Assembly (NCBI RefSeq): GCF_004010195.1
Contig: NC_057733.1
Coordinates: 46,377,816-46,441,815, forward strand
DNA length: 64,000 bases
Origin: Chiloscyllium plagiosum
Taxonomy: Eukaryota
Direction: 5' to 3'
Every line of letters begins with the position of its first letter. The first letter of the stretch is position 1. Under the pieces are notes generated by a model. The model did not search any database and was not told the DNA's origin. It was given only the letters and a program-made list of their open reading frames with translations. Both the position numbers and the translations under genes were made by a program. This document shows positions 11,936-25,345 of this stretch, piece by piece.

Positions 11936-13533
11936 ATCAACCCACTGAACCCTGCCAGTCCTCAGCTGGTCAGCCTACTCCAGATATAAAGGAACTTTAT
12001 CATTAAACAATGACTGAGCACTCCCATCTGATGATAACAGAGTGTGAAAAAAAAATCTCTGTATGGGCACATAAGAAAAAAACTGAAAAGCTTGTACAAA
12101 CGAAATAATGCTAACGTATTGATGAAAAGTCATCACCATCTACATTAACAATCATTTGATATCACTCAAGTTCCATTTTAGCTATGTTATCCATTCTAAC
12201 AAATGCATAAAATGAATTTGTTGCCTATACTGTTTACTTGTAGGCAATGGCCAACTCAGCAGCTTAGCATACTGTTATTTCTGACAAAGCACTGCACCAA
12301 AGTCACAACAAAGCAACTTGTCTCAAATCCAAATTAATAAATGTTCTATTTTAATGGTTTAACTACCAAATGAATGTTAACTTGCTTTGCTCCACGGGGA
12401 TGAATTGAGAACTGAACATCAATTTCAAGTATATTAATTGGAGAAATATGCTTTTAATTTGGAAAACAGAATAATTCATTAAAAATTCACTAAATTCAAA
12501 TTCTGATTCATGCACTCATTACCTGACAACAAAAACTAATGACAAAATTTCTTCTCATGTCCAATTACTTTCAGCTCAATTACTTGAAATCTTTTTGTTT
12601 TACCTGTAAATTGATTCTTTCAACCCAGTCCTTATGTCAAAAATATTGCTACAGACTTCTCTCAAATAACTTATGTTTGGCTTTTGAATTATTATTACTT
12701 TGTAAAATAAAATCAATTGATTTTATCATTTTTTCTAATCTAACAAACATTTTCTAATCTAACAAATGAGCCAGTTAAAAACCTTATTTTCTAATGCATT
12801 TTGATTTAACACAGAATACTTCAGAAATATTTGAGGAATTGCACTTATCCTATCGCAGCTATGTTGGCTCTTTAGTAGAGCCCTGATTTTCCCCCATGGC
12901 CCTATTAACGCTTTCTCTCAAATATTCTCCTTTCTTTTGGTACCATTCTAGTAAAGCTCCTCCATAACTGTCCCAAAGGGTTGACAGAATCCCAAAGTGT
13001 CATGCCCAGAATAGAACACAGCACTTCAGCTGAAATCTAATCAGTGTTTTTATAAAATATACAGCTTGACCTCTTTGCTTTTGTACTCCACTTGCCTATT
13101 AATAAAGCTGATATGTCTTTTTTTAAGAAATAGCCCTCAACTTGTCCAGCTACCTTCAAACATTTATGTATATAAACCACCAGGGTTTCCCCATTCCTTT
13201 ATTCTCTTTAAATAGCACACTGTATTGCTGCCCTCATTCTTTATACTAATCCATATTAATTTCATCTACTGGACATCTGTCAATTTCATCAATTTCTCTG
13301 TTCTCTCTTTAAATCTATGACAATCTTTCTCATTCATTATTCCATTTCTGAGTTTCACTTATCTGCAAAATTTTAAATTATGCCCTGCATACAAAATTCT
13401 AGTTCCTGAATAAATAATCAGAAATAGCACAGGTCCTAAAATCAACAGAGGAGGTTGGCAACATAGTATACATCCAACCAGTCTGAAAAAGAACCATTCA
13501 CAATAATCAGCCTCTTGGCCAATTGTTATTTTA

Positions 13534-13879
13534 AGAATCCCTATAGTGCAGAAATAAGCCATTACATCCAAGTCCACACTGACCCTCTGAAGAGTCACCT
13601 ATCCAGACACATTCCCCTATCCTACTATTCTATATTTATCCCTGACTAATGCATCTAACCTCCAGATCATTGAACACTATGGGCAATTTAGCATGGCCAA
13701 TTCAGCTAACCTGCACATCTTTAGACTGTGGGAGGAAACCAGAGTACCCGAAGAGAAACCCACACAGACACTGGGAGAATGTGCAAACTCCACCCAGACT
13801 GTCGCCTGAGGCTGGAATTGAATCAGTGTCACTGGTGCTGTGAGGTAGCAGTACTAACTACTAAGCCAATGTGCCACCC
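13534..13879 (-). mobile_element. HE1-type V-SINE
   Basis: tRNA-like head, V-domain GGAGTTTGCACATTCTCCC, CR1-like tail. Confidence 0.85.
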
Positions 13880-13988
13880 ACCCTTGTCGCCATTGTTAAT
13901 TTAATCCCATGTCTTCTACGCTTGCTATCATCTATAAATGTTAAAGTACTCATTTAGTACCTTATCCATACTTTCTGTATTCACAAGG

Positions 13989-14126
13989 TCAAAAATCACA
14001 CAACACCTGATGAAGGAGCAGTGCGCCGAAAGCTTGTGATTCCAAATAAACCTGTTGGACTATAACCTGGTGTTGTGTGATTTTTAACTTTGTACACCCC
14101 AGTCCAACAACGGCACCTCCAAATCA
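13989..14126 (+). mobile_element. Short fold-back PLE-derived element (aaaatcacacaacacc family)
   Basis: Inverted termini, hammerhead, flanking duplication tgt(a/c)ttcacaag(g/a)tc. Confidence 0.7.
14004..14038 (+). ncRNA. Minimal hammerhead ribozyme of a second PLE-derived family
   Basis: cac-CTGATGA-aGGAGC-agt-GCGCC-GAAA-gc-TT-gtg. Confidence 0.65.
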
Positions 14127-14629
14127 TGTCTTCACAAGATCTACCTTTTGGTCCCAAATTGGCCTCTCTTTTCTTTTAATGACCCTATTTTTATTTATGC
14201 CTTTACAAAATACTTTTGGTTTCCTTTTGATGTTAACTGCCAATCTGTTCACATATTTACTCTTTGCCCTACTTTAATTTTTTAATGATACCTTTTTTCA
14301 CCTAATTCTTTGTTCCACATGAACTTGACGATTAGCATCAGTTTCCTTATCATTTTTATCTCAACATCTTTAGTATAAATTGCTTTGGAGTTTAATAAAT
14401 CAATTTTTGAAGATTTAACATTTTGCTTTTTCAATTTGAATATGATTTGATGAGAATGCCAAAAGATGCACAAATTTACATGCAAATTCTGGAAGAAAAA
14501 TAACCCATAACTAGGTATTCAAACACAGTAGCTTAAAATAAGCTGTATATTTCAAACAATTCTCTTCAAAAGGATGCAAGGATTTTAAATTGACAGATGG
14601 GACAATAACATATAGATAATCAATACATT

Positions 14630-15900
14630 ATATTAAAAGGCAGAGGAAGAGGCTCCTCAAATAGCCCAGATTATCAGTGCAGATGACAAGGCATTTTCAT
14701 CCCCTTCAATCAGAAGTGCCAAGTAAATGATAAATTTCAACCTCATCTTGAGATCCTCAGCATTGCAGATGCCAGCCTTCAGCCAATTCAATTCACTTCA
14801 CATGATACCAAGAAACAGCTAAACACAATAGATACTGCAAAAACTATGAACCCTGACAAGATTCTCGTAACAGTCTACTCTTGCTGATAAGAAAATTATC
14901 ACTGTCATTGACAGTGCGATGATGTTGCACGAGCTCAGTAAAATTTGCTTGAAGAGAGCAAGTTCCCGCGACATCAAGGGAGCATTAGTAATCCTCAGCA
15001 TTATGGCCTTAGCCCAGCCATTTTTAGCTGCTTCATCAATGACCTTCCATCCTTCACAAGATCAGAAGTGGGGACACTTGCTAACATCTCTAAAATGTTC
15101 AGCATCATTCATGACTCCACTGATACTGAAGCAGCAACAAGACATGAACAACATCCAAGCTTGGTTTGTAAAGTGGCAAGTACCCTTTGCACTATATAAT
15201 TACCAAGCAATGACTATCACAAGCAAGAGAGAATCTAACCATCACCCCTTAACATTTAATGGCATTACCATCACTGAATTTCCCACAAACAACATCCTGG
15301 CGATTAACATTATTCTGATAATGAACTAGACAGGCCATAGAATACTGTGACTACAATAGACCTGGAATTCTGCGACGACTAGCTTAATTCCTGCCCATCA
15401 TCTACAAGGCACATTAGGAGTGTGATGCAACAATCTCCATTTGCCTGGATGGGTGTAGCTCCAACATCACAAGACACTATCCAGATAAAGGCAATCCAAT
15501 CAATTGGTATCCTAAGCACCAACTTCAACATTCACTTCCTTCCCCAAAGCACAGTGACAGTAGTGTACCCCATCTACAAGATGCACAAGATTCTTCAACA
15601 GCACCATTCAAATCAATGACCTCTATCACCTAGAAGGTCAAGGACAGCAGATGTATGGGAGCATCACCTGCAAGTGCCCCTTCACTCCCTTCCCATCTTG
15701 TCTTCAAACTACATAGATATTCTTTCACCATCACTGGGTCAAAATACTAACTCCCTTCGTAATAGCATTTTGGATGTTTCAACACACCAGGACTGCAGCA
15801 TTTCAAAAGGTGGCTCCTTGCCACCTTCTCAAGAACAGTTTGGAGTCAGCCATAAGCGCTGATTAAAGCCTATGATGCTCACAAACCGCAAACAAATAAA
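14630..15900 (+). mobile_element. Decayed CR1/L2-clade LINE of a second family
   Basis: Remnants DIKGA and PAIFSCFINDLPS; 3' tail related to 24790-25345 and to the Deu-type SINE tail. Confidence 0.7.
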
Positions 15901-16139
15901 ACAAATTTCAATCTGTTCTAAAAGGACTATTAACTCCTCTAAATTTAATTGATTAATGGCTTTCTTAAAACACCAGACCAAGCTTCATTTTTAAATCATT
16001 CAAACTGAAGTATCCAAATACATCATGTAAAGCTTCGTCAAAGTTAATGCTTCAAAATAAGCAACAACTGCAGGAAAGTTCCACTGAAAGTTGTAGTAAG
16101 TAATGATAAACCAACAAGAATTCATTGCACGAACCCATT

Positions 16140-16980
16140 ACCTACATTTAAGAAAATAGCAGTGACACGGACGGCTTTGGGTTTGACTTGGCTGAGGCAG
16201 AATCGTTTCCACCTCAACTGAGTCAAACGTTACCATAGGCAACGCTAGTAACAGTCGCAGGCATGCACCACCTTTAATCCCTCGACATGATAACGATGCA
16301 TTTGCTTCCAAGTAGGGTGGGATTCACGGGAGTGAGATCAAGGGGAGAGGCGTCCCGCCTGCGCCAATTCACTCTCACTTTTGTTTGTAAACGTGGTGCA
16401 TTTTGGCCAACTCACCGTGGGGAGGCCTCGATTTCCCACAGCACGGTGCAGGTGGGTGCAACCGGCGGTGTCTTCGGGCAACAGTGTAACTGGAAAGCTC
16501 AGAGGAACCACTCCGGGCCTGTGGATGGCAACTTGTATCAGACTGAGGGGGCTGCTGCTGGCAGAGCCTTGGCCTAAGGTTACATTATAATTGCTGTGAT
16601 TCTCCTTCACATCAGGAGAGATACATTGCAACAAATTTTTTTTTTAAAAAATAGATAAACAAGCGTCGCTACTTTTCCCCTGCTCCCGTTACGGTCGATG
16701 TTCGTGCATTTCTTTTTACGCGGCTGAAGGAACCTCCTCCTGAGTCATCTCAGGGCAGACACAGTCTCTCTCACACACAGAGAGGGAATCCACTTAGCAA
16801 CCGCGCAACCAAACACCATCTCAACGGAGGTCCCGCCCCCCTCACCCGTCTATTGGCGCTTACCCAGGGGCGGGGTAACTTCTCTGGCTGTGGATTGGAC
16901 AGAGCCCACGTCGATCATCTCCGCCCCCCCAGGGTCTGCCATCAAGCTAGAGTGACCAGGCATTCCAGCACACACAGCCA
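16140..16980 (-). promoter_or_regulatory. CpG-rich promoter region of CEP131 with GC boxes, CCAAT boxes and an RFX X-box
   Basis: Local CpG enrichment; GC boxes near 16832, 16867 and 16921; ATTGG at 16852 and 16894; X-box GTTACCATAGGCAAC at 16229-16243. Confidence 0.65.
16416..16800 (-). other. CEP131: Probable non-coding first exon of CEP131 (TSS approximate)
   Basis: Strong donor CACG|gtgagt at 16416 in a CpG-rich island just downstream of GC and CCAAT boxes; the next clear acceptor-bearing exon is 2985. Confidence 0.6.
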
Positions 16981-16984
16981 CAGG

Positions 16985-17350
16985 GTTAAAAATCACGCAA
17001 CACCAGGTTATAGTCCAACAGGTTTAATTGGAAGCACTAGCTTTCGGACCATCGCTCCAAAAGCTAGTGGGCTTCCAATTAAACCTGTTGCACTATAACC
17101 TGGTGTTGTGTGATTTTTAACTTTGTACACCCCAGTCCAACACCGGCATCTCCAAATCATGCCACAGAGTTGGTAGGCATGATATGGAGGAGCCAGTGTT
17201 GGACTGGGGTGGACAAACTTAAAAATCACACAACACCAGGTGTAATTGGAAGCAGTAGCTTAAAGACCTGATGAAGCAGAGGCGCCTCGAATGCAAGTGG
17301 TTCCAAACAAACCTGTTGGACTATAACCTGGTGTTGTGTGATTTCTAACA
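16985..17350. mobile_element. Two fold-back PLE-derived elements (aaaatcacacaacacc family) just upstream of the CEP131 promoter
   Basis: Palindrome at ~16985-17122 plus an oppositely oriented copy at 17178-17350. Confidence 0.7.
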
Positions 17351-17354
17351 CAGT

Positions 17355-17500
17355 GGGAACTCAGCCCCCACTCCCACCCACAGAGGGTGGGCTCAATATC
17401 AGCCCCCACCCCTAGAGAATGGGCTGGGTACCAGCACACTCACCCCCAGAGAGTGGATTGGATATCAACTCCACCCCCCACCCCCAACTCCAGAGAGACA
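17355..17500. repeat. Degenerate ~30-35 bp C-rich minisatellite
   Basis: Repeating cccaccc(c)..agag..tggg(c)t..(g)atatca units. Confidence 0.5.
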
Positions 17501-18487
17501 GCCCTGCCCTGATTTGCCTTTTCAAAATGTGGCACCTCACATTTATCTAAATTGTTTCTATCTACTCAATCTACTAACCCTTGGTCCATTGGCACATCTG
17601 ATCAATAGACTAGAGTGGTGCTGGAAAAGCACAGCAGGTCAGGCAGCATCCGAGAAACAGGAAAATCGAGGTTTCAGGCAAAAACCCTTCATCATCTTCC
17701 TGATGAAGGACTTTTGCCCAAAACGTCGATTTTCCTGCTCCTCAGATGCTGCCTGACCTGCTGTGTTTTTCCAGTACCATTCTAATCATGACTCCAATGT
17801 CAAGCATCTGCAATACCCACCTCTGCCCATCTGACAATATCCTGTTGTACTCTGAGGTAACCTTCTTTGCTATGCATTACACCACCAATTTTGGTGTTGG
17901 AGGATTTGAACTATAAGGAGAGATTGAATAAGCTGGGGCTGTTTTCCATGGAGCATTGGAGGCTGAGGGGTGGCCTTAAAGAGGTTTATAAAATCATGAG
18001 GGGCATGGTGAGAATACATAGACAATGTCTCTTCTGTGGGGTGGGGGTAGTCCAGAACGAGAGGGCATAGGTTTAGGGTGAGAGGGAAAAGATATAAAAA
18101 GAGACCTAAAGGGCAACATTTTTTTTACACAGAGGGTGGTAATACGCTGCCAGAGGAAGTGGTGGGTTTAGTACAATTGCAACATCTAAAATACATCTGG
18201 ATGGGTATATGAATAGAAAGGGTTTGGAGGGATATGGGCCGGGTGCTGGCAGGTTGGACTAAGATTGGGTAGGGATATCTGGTCGGTATGGACAAGTTGG
18301 ACTGAAGGGTTTGTTCCGTGCTGTACATCTCTATGACTCTATCTGCAAACTTACTAACTACACCACCTATGTTCACATCCAAATTATTTACATCGATAAC
18401 AAAAAGCTGTGGACCCGGCCCCAATCCTTGTGGCAAACCCACTGGTCACAGGCCTCCAATCTGAAAAGCAACCCTCCACACACACAG

Positions 18488-18522
<35 letters not shown>

Positions 18523-18790
18523 ATCTTCTACCTTCAAACCATTTCTGTATCCAAGTGGCTAGTTCTCCCTGTATTCCATGTGATTTAACTTTGCTAAGCA
18601 GTCTACCAAAAGGAACTTTGTCAAACATCTTACTGAAGTCCATATAGATCATGTCCACCATTCTGCCCTCATCAATTCTCTTTGTTACTTCTTCAAAAAG
18701 AAACAATCACTTTTATGAGACACAATTTCCCATACACAAAACCATGTTGACTATCCCTAATCAATCATTGCCTTTCCAAATACATTAAAA
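17500..18790. mobile_element. Nested CR1 fragments (minus, with a plus-strand copy at ~17896-18342)
   Basis: GLPQGLGPGP..KFAD and YMDFSKMFDKVP remnants. Confidence 0.85.
17608..17824. mobile_element. Fold-back PLE terminal-repeat element nested in CR1
   Basis: Head-to-head copies of the gctggaaaagcacagcagg repeat; degenerate TSD gc(a/c)catctga(t)caata. Confidence 0.7.
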
Positions 18791-19170
18791 ATCAAGATCC
18801 TGAGGGGATTGAAAGAGATGGATGTCAAAAGGATGTTTCCTCTTGTGGAAGAATCTAGAGGTAGGGGGTCTGTGGTAACCCCTACAAGTCCCACAGGGAA
18901 ATCACTAATCTCCTGTTGGAACTCATTGAGTTGAAATTCCCTTGGTAACAAGCAATGGCCTGCCCAGCCGGAACTTGGACCTGAGCACTTTACAATGCAG
19001 ATTCTGCTCTTCAGTGGTTATCTTCATTCAGAATGCCCTTCGAGAGGGAGCATGCAGCGTCCATCGCTGCTCGTGATGCCATTAGAGAGAGGTAGGGATT
19101 ACAAGAGATATGGTGCTTCATTTCCCCATCCAACATCATTTTGATTTAGTCTCTCCCCGCATCTTTGATC

Positions 19171-19511
19171 ATAGAATCCCTACAGTGCAGAAACAGGCCA
19201 TTTGGCACAACATGTCCATGCCAACTCTCTGAACAGCATCCCACAGAGACTCACACCCTATAACTCTACATTTCCCATGGCTAATCCATCTAACCTACAC
19301 ATCTCTGGACACTATGGGCAACGTGGCATGGCTAATCCACCCAACCTGCACATTTTTTGGACTGTGGGAGGAAACCGGACTACCCAAATGAAACCCATGC
19401 AAACACGAGGAGAATGTGCAAACTCCATACAGACAGTTGCCCAAGACTGGAATCACACCTGGGCCCTTGAAGCTGTGAGGCAGCAATGTTAACCACTGAG
19501 CCACCGTGCCA
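19171..19511 (-). mobile_element. HE1-type V-SINE
   Basis: tRNA-like head, V-domain and CR1-like tail. Confidence 0.85.
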
Positions 19512-19854
19512 CTCTTTTGATGGTTTAAATTGCCCACGATGAGTTTTGTTTGTAAACATTCAATTGGCTACACAGGTGTTTTTATTGGTTCTGATGAAGG
19601 GTCACTCCACCTGAAACATTGACTCTGATTTCTCTCCACAGATGCTGCCAGACCTGCTGAGACTTTCCAGCAACTTCTATTTTTGTTTCTGATTTACATC
19701 ATCTGCAGTTCTTTTGATTTTTGTTTTAATTGGTGGTGGTTAGTATTACAAAAAGAAAACAAAAAGAGTCAAAATTATTTTGGACTTGGGAAAGTCACTC
19801 AGTTGTACATGATAGTTCTTCTGGGTTCAAGAATAAATAATAAAGCAGACCCTG

Positions 19855-20125
19855 AAGGGCTATTGTGGTACTCTGGTAGCATCCCTGCCCCTGAGTCAGG
19901 AAGCCTTGGTTCAAGTCCCACCTGCACCTGGTGTGTGTACAATGATATCTCTGACCAGGTCAATTAGAAAATAAAGCAGCCCCTGGGTAAGAGAAGCATG
20001 TAAAGCAGACCTGAGAGTGCAGCGGTAGTGTCTGTATGTCTAGTCTATAGAGGCCCATGTTCAAGTCCCACCTGCTCCAGAGGTGTGTAATAACATCTCT
20101 GAACAAACTGATTTAAAAATATAAA
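19855..20125 (+). mobile_element. Two copies of a ~110-nt tRNA-derived short SINE (other copies at ~2110, 3268, 57660, 63375)
   Basis: B-box GGTTCAAGTCCC followed by acctgctccagaggtgtgtaataacatctctgaaca; first copy has a ~16-bp TSD aataaagcag(a/c)ccctg. Confidence 0.7.
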
Positions 20126-20729
20126 ACAGAGCCTGAATAACTCCAAGCAGCAGAATGTAGATGGGGTCATTTCTGCTGACTGTCTGCCCCACTTCAGGGG
20201 TTATATCTGTGCCTGTGTCTCCTTGGAAAGGGAGTACATGGTGTCTCTCAATGCCTTGAGAGAGAGGTGGGTACCGGGGGGAATGTTGTGTTTTAATTCT
20301 CACTCCTATTCCATTCTGATTCAGTCACTTCCCTCTCTCCCAATCAATTCCCTTCACTTTTAATGATTTGCATCGCTCATAATGGGCTTTGCATGTAAAT
20401 ATTTAACTGGCTGCACAGGTGATTACAGGTGGTAATTAGTAGTTAAACAGAAACAAAAACAAGTCACAGTGAATTTGTGGCGGGTTGTGAATTAGTGCAA
20501 TTCTGCAGAATGTCTGTCCTGCTCTGGGACCAGTTTGTATATGCCACAACTAGTGGCTCTGTTTTGGTGTTCAGCAATAAGCAATGTTCCTTTCCAGGCA
20601 AGTTTCCGGAGTTATTACACAGTCATAGTTTTAAATTAAGAGGTTGCCCATTTAAGACAAAGGCGAGGAAACATTTTTTTCTTCTGACAATCAAAACTTT
20701 TTGGAATTGCCTTTCTCAAAAAACAGTGT

Positions 20730-21340
20730 CAGAGTCATAGACATGTAGAGAACAGAAACAAACCCTTTGGTCCAATTCGTCCATGCTGACCAGACAGCCT
20801 AAGTTCATCTAGTCCCACTTGCCAGCATTTGGCCCATATCCCTCTAAACCCTTCCTATTCATATACCCATCCAAATGCCTTTTAAATGTTGTAATTGTAA
20901 CAGTCTCCACTACTCCCTCTGGCAACTCATTCCACACATGCACCACCCCCTGTGTAAAAAAGTTGGCCCTTTGGTTCCTTTTAAAATTTTCCCCTCTCAC
21001 CTTAAACATATGCCCCTAGTTCTGGAGTCCCCCACCTCAGGGAAAAGACCTTTAGCTATTTACCCTATCCATGCCCCTCATGATTTTATAAACCTGTACA
21101 AGGTCATCCCTCACCCTCTGACACTCTAGGGAAAACAGCTCCACCCTATTCAGCCTCTCCCTATAGCTCAAACTCTTCTACTCTGGCAACATCCTTGTTA
21201 ATCTTTTCTGAACCCTTTCAAGTTTCACAACATCCTTCCTGTATCAGAAAGACCAGAATTGCATGCAATATTCCAAAAGGGACCCAACCATTGTCCTGTA
21301 CAGCCACAACATGACCTCCCAACTCCAATACTCAATGCAC
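20730..21340 (-). mobile_element. CR1 3' fragment
   Basis: FFTQGVVHVWNELP..FKRHLDGYM plus the family tail. Confidence 0.85.
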
Positions 21341-22227
21341 TGGGGATGCATTCTGAAGGCTGAGATACATTCTTGATGACCAAGGGGATGAAAGATTATC
21401 AGGGCATACAAGAATGTAAAGGTGAAGTTAAAAGTCACATCAGCCACAATCTTATTGAATGGCAGAACAGGCTCGAAGGGCCAAGAGGCCTACTCTTGTT
21501 CCTATAAGCTTGTACCAGATTGCATTAATTAAGTGGTTGTAGTTCATAAAATGTTGGCATTTACAATTTCATATGTAGGGATTCAAAATCAGATAATGCT
21601 TGCGAGCAGTCAACTGGGTCAAACTTACAAATAAATAGCTGTAGTCACCGAAGCAAGTGGAATACAGAGTTAGGAAAAAGCATTTTAGGATTAATCACAA
21701 GCCAACGCACTGAAGGAGACAAAGACCCTCAGAAACGTATAGCAGGCATGTTTCATGAGGATCTGCTGTGCTGTCAGCTTATGCAAATTAAAATGATTCC
21801 CATCCAGAATATTGCCTTGTGATCTTAGACATGAAAGCAATTTCTGCTGAGGTTAATACAATGTGAACTGCTGTGAAATTGCTGCAAATATACAATGGCA
21901 ATCATTATGTCAGCTCATTCAACATGCCACAGCAGTGACACAGGCTGAATAGCAGAGTTCAGAAACAAGGCATGAATATCACGACCTGGGAACATTTGCA
22001 AATGACTGGAATATTGTCAATGAAATGTTAACCCCTTTGTCTGATCATGCAAATAGCACTCAATTCTTGATGTAATTGTGTTTTTTTTTAAAACAATGCT
22101 TTGTGGCTGTCAGACTGAAGCACCTGTTTGCATTATTAGAAGTTGCAATTGCACGTCACAATGTTTGTTCTAATTGAGACAGAGAATGCCAACTATTTCA
22201 AAGTTTAAACACTTACTTCAAGCACTT

Positions 22228-22505
22228 AGAATCATAGCGATGTACAGCACAGAAACAGACCCTTTGGGCCAACTGGTCTATGCCAACCAGATATCCTAAA
22301 TTAATCTAGTCCCACCTGCCAGCACCCTGCCCATATCCCTCTAAACCCTTTCTATTCATATACCCATCCAGATGCCTTTTAAATGCTGTAATTGTACCAG
22401 CCTCCACCACTTCCTCTGTAGCTCATTTCGTACACACACCATCCTCTGTGTGAAAAAGTTCCTCCTTAGATCCCTCTTAAATCTTTCCCCTCTCACCTTA
22501 AATCT
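22228..22505 (-). mobile_element. CR1 3' fragment
   Basis: Family 3' tail. Confidence 0.8.
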
Positions 22506-23319
22506 GGAAAAACCAGTCAGATTAATCTGATCAAGGCTGAAGAAATATTATTTGTTTCACATATGCTATCTAACTGAGCAAGTCTTCACTCCATTCTGTA
22601 CTTATGGCTGCAGGTTTTTGTGAAGAATGAAACTAATACTTGGGTTGAAGAAAAACATTTAGAACATCTGACTTAGGTGCAAATTGCATATTTAATTATT
22701 TCATGGAATGTGTGTATCTTTGATAAGTTTATTTATTGCCCATCTCTAATTATCTAGAACAATGTAGCTTGCTGGTCTTTTTCAGAGGACAATTAAGAGT
22801 ACTACACAAGACTAACATTGCTGTGGTTCTGGAGTCACACGTAGACTAGATTGGATATGGACCTTCCCTAAAAAAGGACACTAGTGAACCAGTGGGTTTT
22901 TACAACAACTGATGATAGTTTCATGGTCACCAGCATCAAGAGAAACAGTCAATTAATCAATTCAAAAATGCTGGAAATGCATAGGTCAGGCAGCATCTGT
23001 GATGAAAGGAGCACAGAGTTGCTGTTTCAAATCAGTTAAGTTTTTGTTAGAACTAGCTAAGTATACTGTAGGTATCAAAAATAATTAGATGTACTTAACA
23101 CTGAACTATTTCCTGTGTACTGACTCAAAATATTTTAAAAAGACTTAAAGTTGATATGAAATTCTGGTCCCTGGTGTATTCCTAATGCTTACATTAGGGT
23201 GCAGGTAGCTGAAGGCATAATCACTAACCTCTGGTATTCCCTCTCTTATGCTGTCTAAGGGGAAACTGTAGATCAGAATAAATAAATTTATTGACTGAAT
23301 GATACCTAAAATAAGTTTG

Positions 23320-23900
23320 AGTCAGAGTCATACAGCACAGAAACAGACCATTCAGTCCAACCAGTCAATGCCAACCACATTCCCAAACTAAACAAGTCCC
23401 ATCTGCCTGCATTGGCCCATATCCCTCCAAATCTTTCCTATTCACGTACTTAACCAAATGTCTTTTCAATGCTATAACTGTACCTGCATCCACCACTTCG
23501 TGGAATTTCATTCCAAACACAAAACACTAAAAAAAAGTAGTCCACATCTTTTTAATGTTTTTCTCCAATCACCTTAAAAATACGCCCCTAGTTTTGAACG
23601 CACCCCTCACGAGGGAAAAAGACCTTTGTCATTCACTTTATCTCCACCCCTCATAATTTTATAAACTTCAACCTCCTACGGGCCAGTGAAAAAAGTTTCA
23701 GTCTTTCCAGTCTATTTTTCTATCTCAAACCCTCCATTCCCTACAACATCCTGGTGAATCTTTTCTGAACCCTTTCCAGCTTGAAAATACCTTTCCTTTA
23801 ACAGGGTGACCAGAACTGTATATAATTCTCAGGAATAGGCCTCACCAACTTCCTGTACAACCTCAACATGATGTCCCAACTCCTATATTCAAAGGTATAA
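23320..23900 (-). mobile_element. CR1 3' fragment
   Basis: Family 3' tail and C-terminal remnants. Confidence 0.8.
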
Positions 23901-24789
23901 GGAATGATGTTCCACATTTATGGACTTCACATTAAAACAGTCAGAACTGACAAATTCCATAAGAATTAACAAGCAATGATACTTCAATAAAATGACAAAT
24001 TTCACTTTAAGCAATCCACGTAATAAAAATGCAACCATTAGCATTTGCTTCATTCCCTACACTCTTAGCTATGAAGTTCTACAATTTTATTCATGCAGAA
24101 TAGATAAAGAGTCCTACGTGATAGCAACTTTCATCATCTTGTTTCATAAGTCAATCATCCTCAAAGCATAGTTTTACAAACTCTGGAAAGGTGCATGAAA
24201 GAGCTGTAATGACCTGAGGGATACAGTGATCCTTTTCAACCAACCAATAACATTCTGGTTTACAGTTAGGTCCCTTTGGAGACAACATCCAGTTCTTTTG
24301 CACGTCCAAGCTACACCGATTGTTGACCAGGGTTGAGAACTTCTCAGCCACCTTGGAAAATGCCTCCAATGGCTTCGGTCTCTTTTTTATAATTTAAAAA
24401 TTCTTGAGGAGTCAAAACACTACTTACGATCATATTAAAGGATAGCACTTTCTAACGCAAGTCTTAGCATATGTTTTTAAAAAGGTTTTTAAAAAGGTGC
24501 TATACAAATGCAGTTTATGTAATTGAACCATTCAAACCATTTCATGCAAAATGCAGACTTTTGAAGTAGTCATTGTTGTAAAAGTCTGAAACAGGCTGCA
24601 AACTCACACAGGACATTAATTATTATTGTGCTACTCTTTGTAGTAGTCAGTCTTAGTGATGTTACTGGAGGAATAAATATTAGCCAGATGCTTCATACCC
24701 ACTTGAGAAAGTGAACAGGACCTTTCATCCCAAATGTGGCACATCTAAACAGGGCAGCATTACCTCTGTGCTCACTAGGAGTCGTTGTA

Positions 24790-25345
24790 GTTTTTTTTCA
24801 ATTCACTTCTGTGACATGGGCATCACTGCCTAGTCTGGCATTTATTGCCCATCCCTTGTTGCACTAGAGAAGGTGCCAGTGAGCTGCCTCCTTAAACAGC
24901 TTCAGTCCATGTGCTGTACATAAACCCTCAATGCTGTTAGGGAGGTATTCCTAGGATTTTAACCCAGCGACGCTGAAGTAACAGCGATATTTTTCCAAAT
25001 CTAGATGACTTAGAGGGGAACTTACAGGTATTGGGTGTTCCCATGTCCTTCCAGATGAAATTGGTTGTGGTTTGGAAGGTGATCTCTAAAGATCTTTGGT
25101 GAATTTGTGCAGTGCGTCTTGTAGATAGTAGATGTTGATGCTACTGTGAGTCAATGGAGGAAGGAGTAGATATGACGACAAATCAAGTGGGCTGTTGTGT
25201 CCTGAATGGTGTTAAGCTTCTTGAGTGTTGTTGGAGCTGCACCCATCCAGGTAAGTGGGGAGTATTCCATCACACTCCTGACTTGTGCCTTGTAGATGGT
25301 GGACCAGCTTTTTGGAGTCAGGAAGTGAGTTACTCTGTGCACTTA
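24790..25345 (-). mobile_element. CR1/L2-clade LINE 3' fragment (second family)
   Basis: IYKAQVRSVMEYSPLTW remnant. Confidence 0.75.

Noticed and set aside
16287-16634. ORFs within the CEP131 CpG island
   Set aside because: No recognisable homology. The CEP131 ATG at 2961 is preceded by an in-frame TAA within its own exon, so exon 1 is non-coding.
18490-18520. Poly-C tract of about 31 nt
   Set aside because: Homopolymer expansion of a C-rich CR1 segment; no evidence of function and the length is unreliable.
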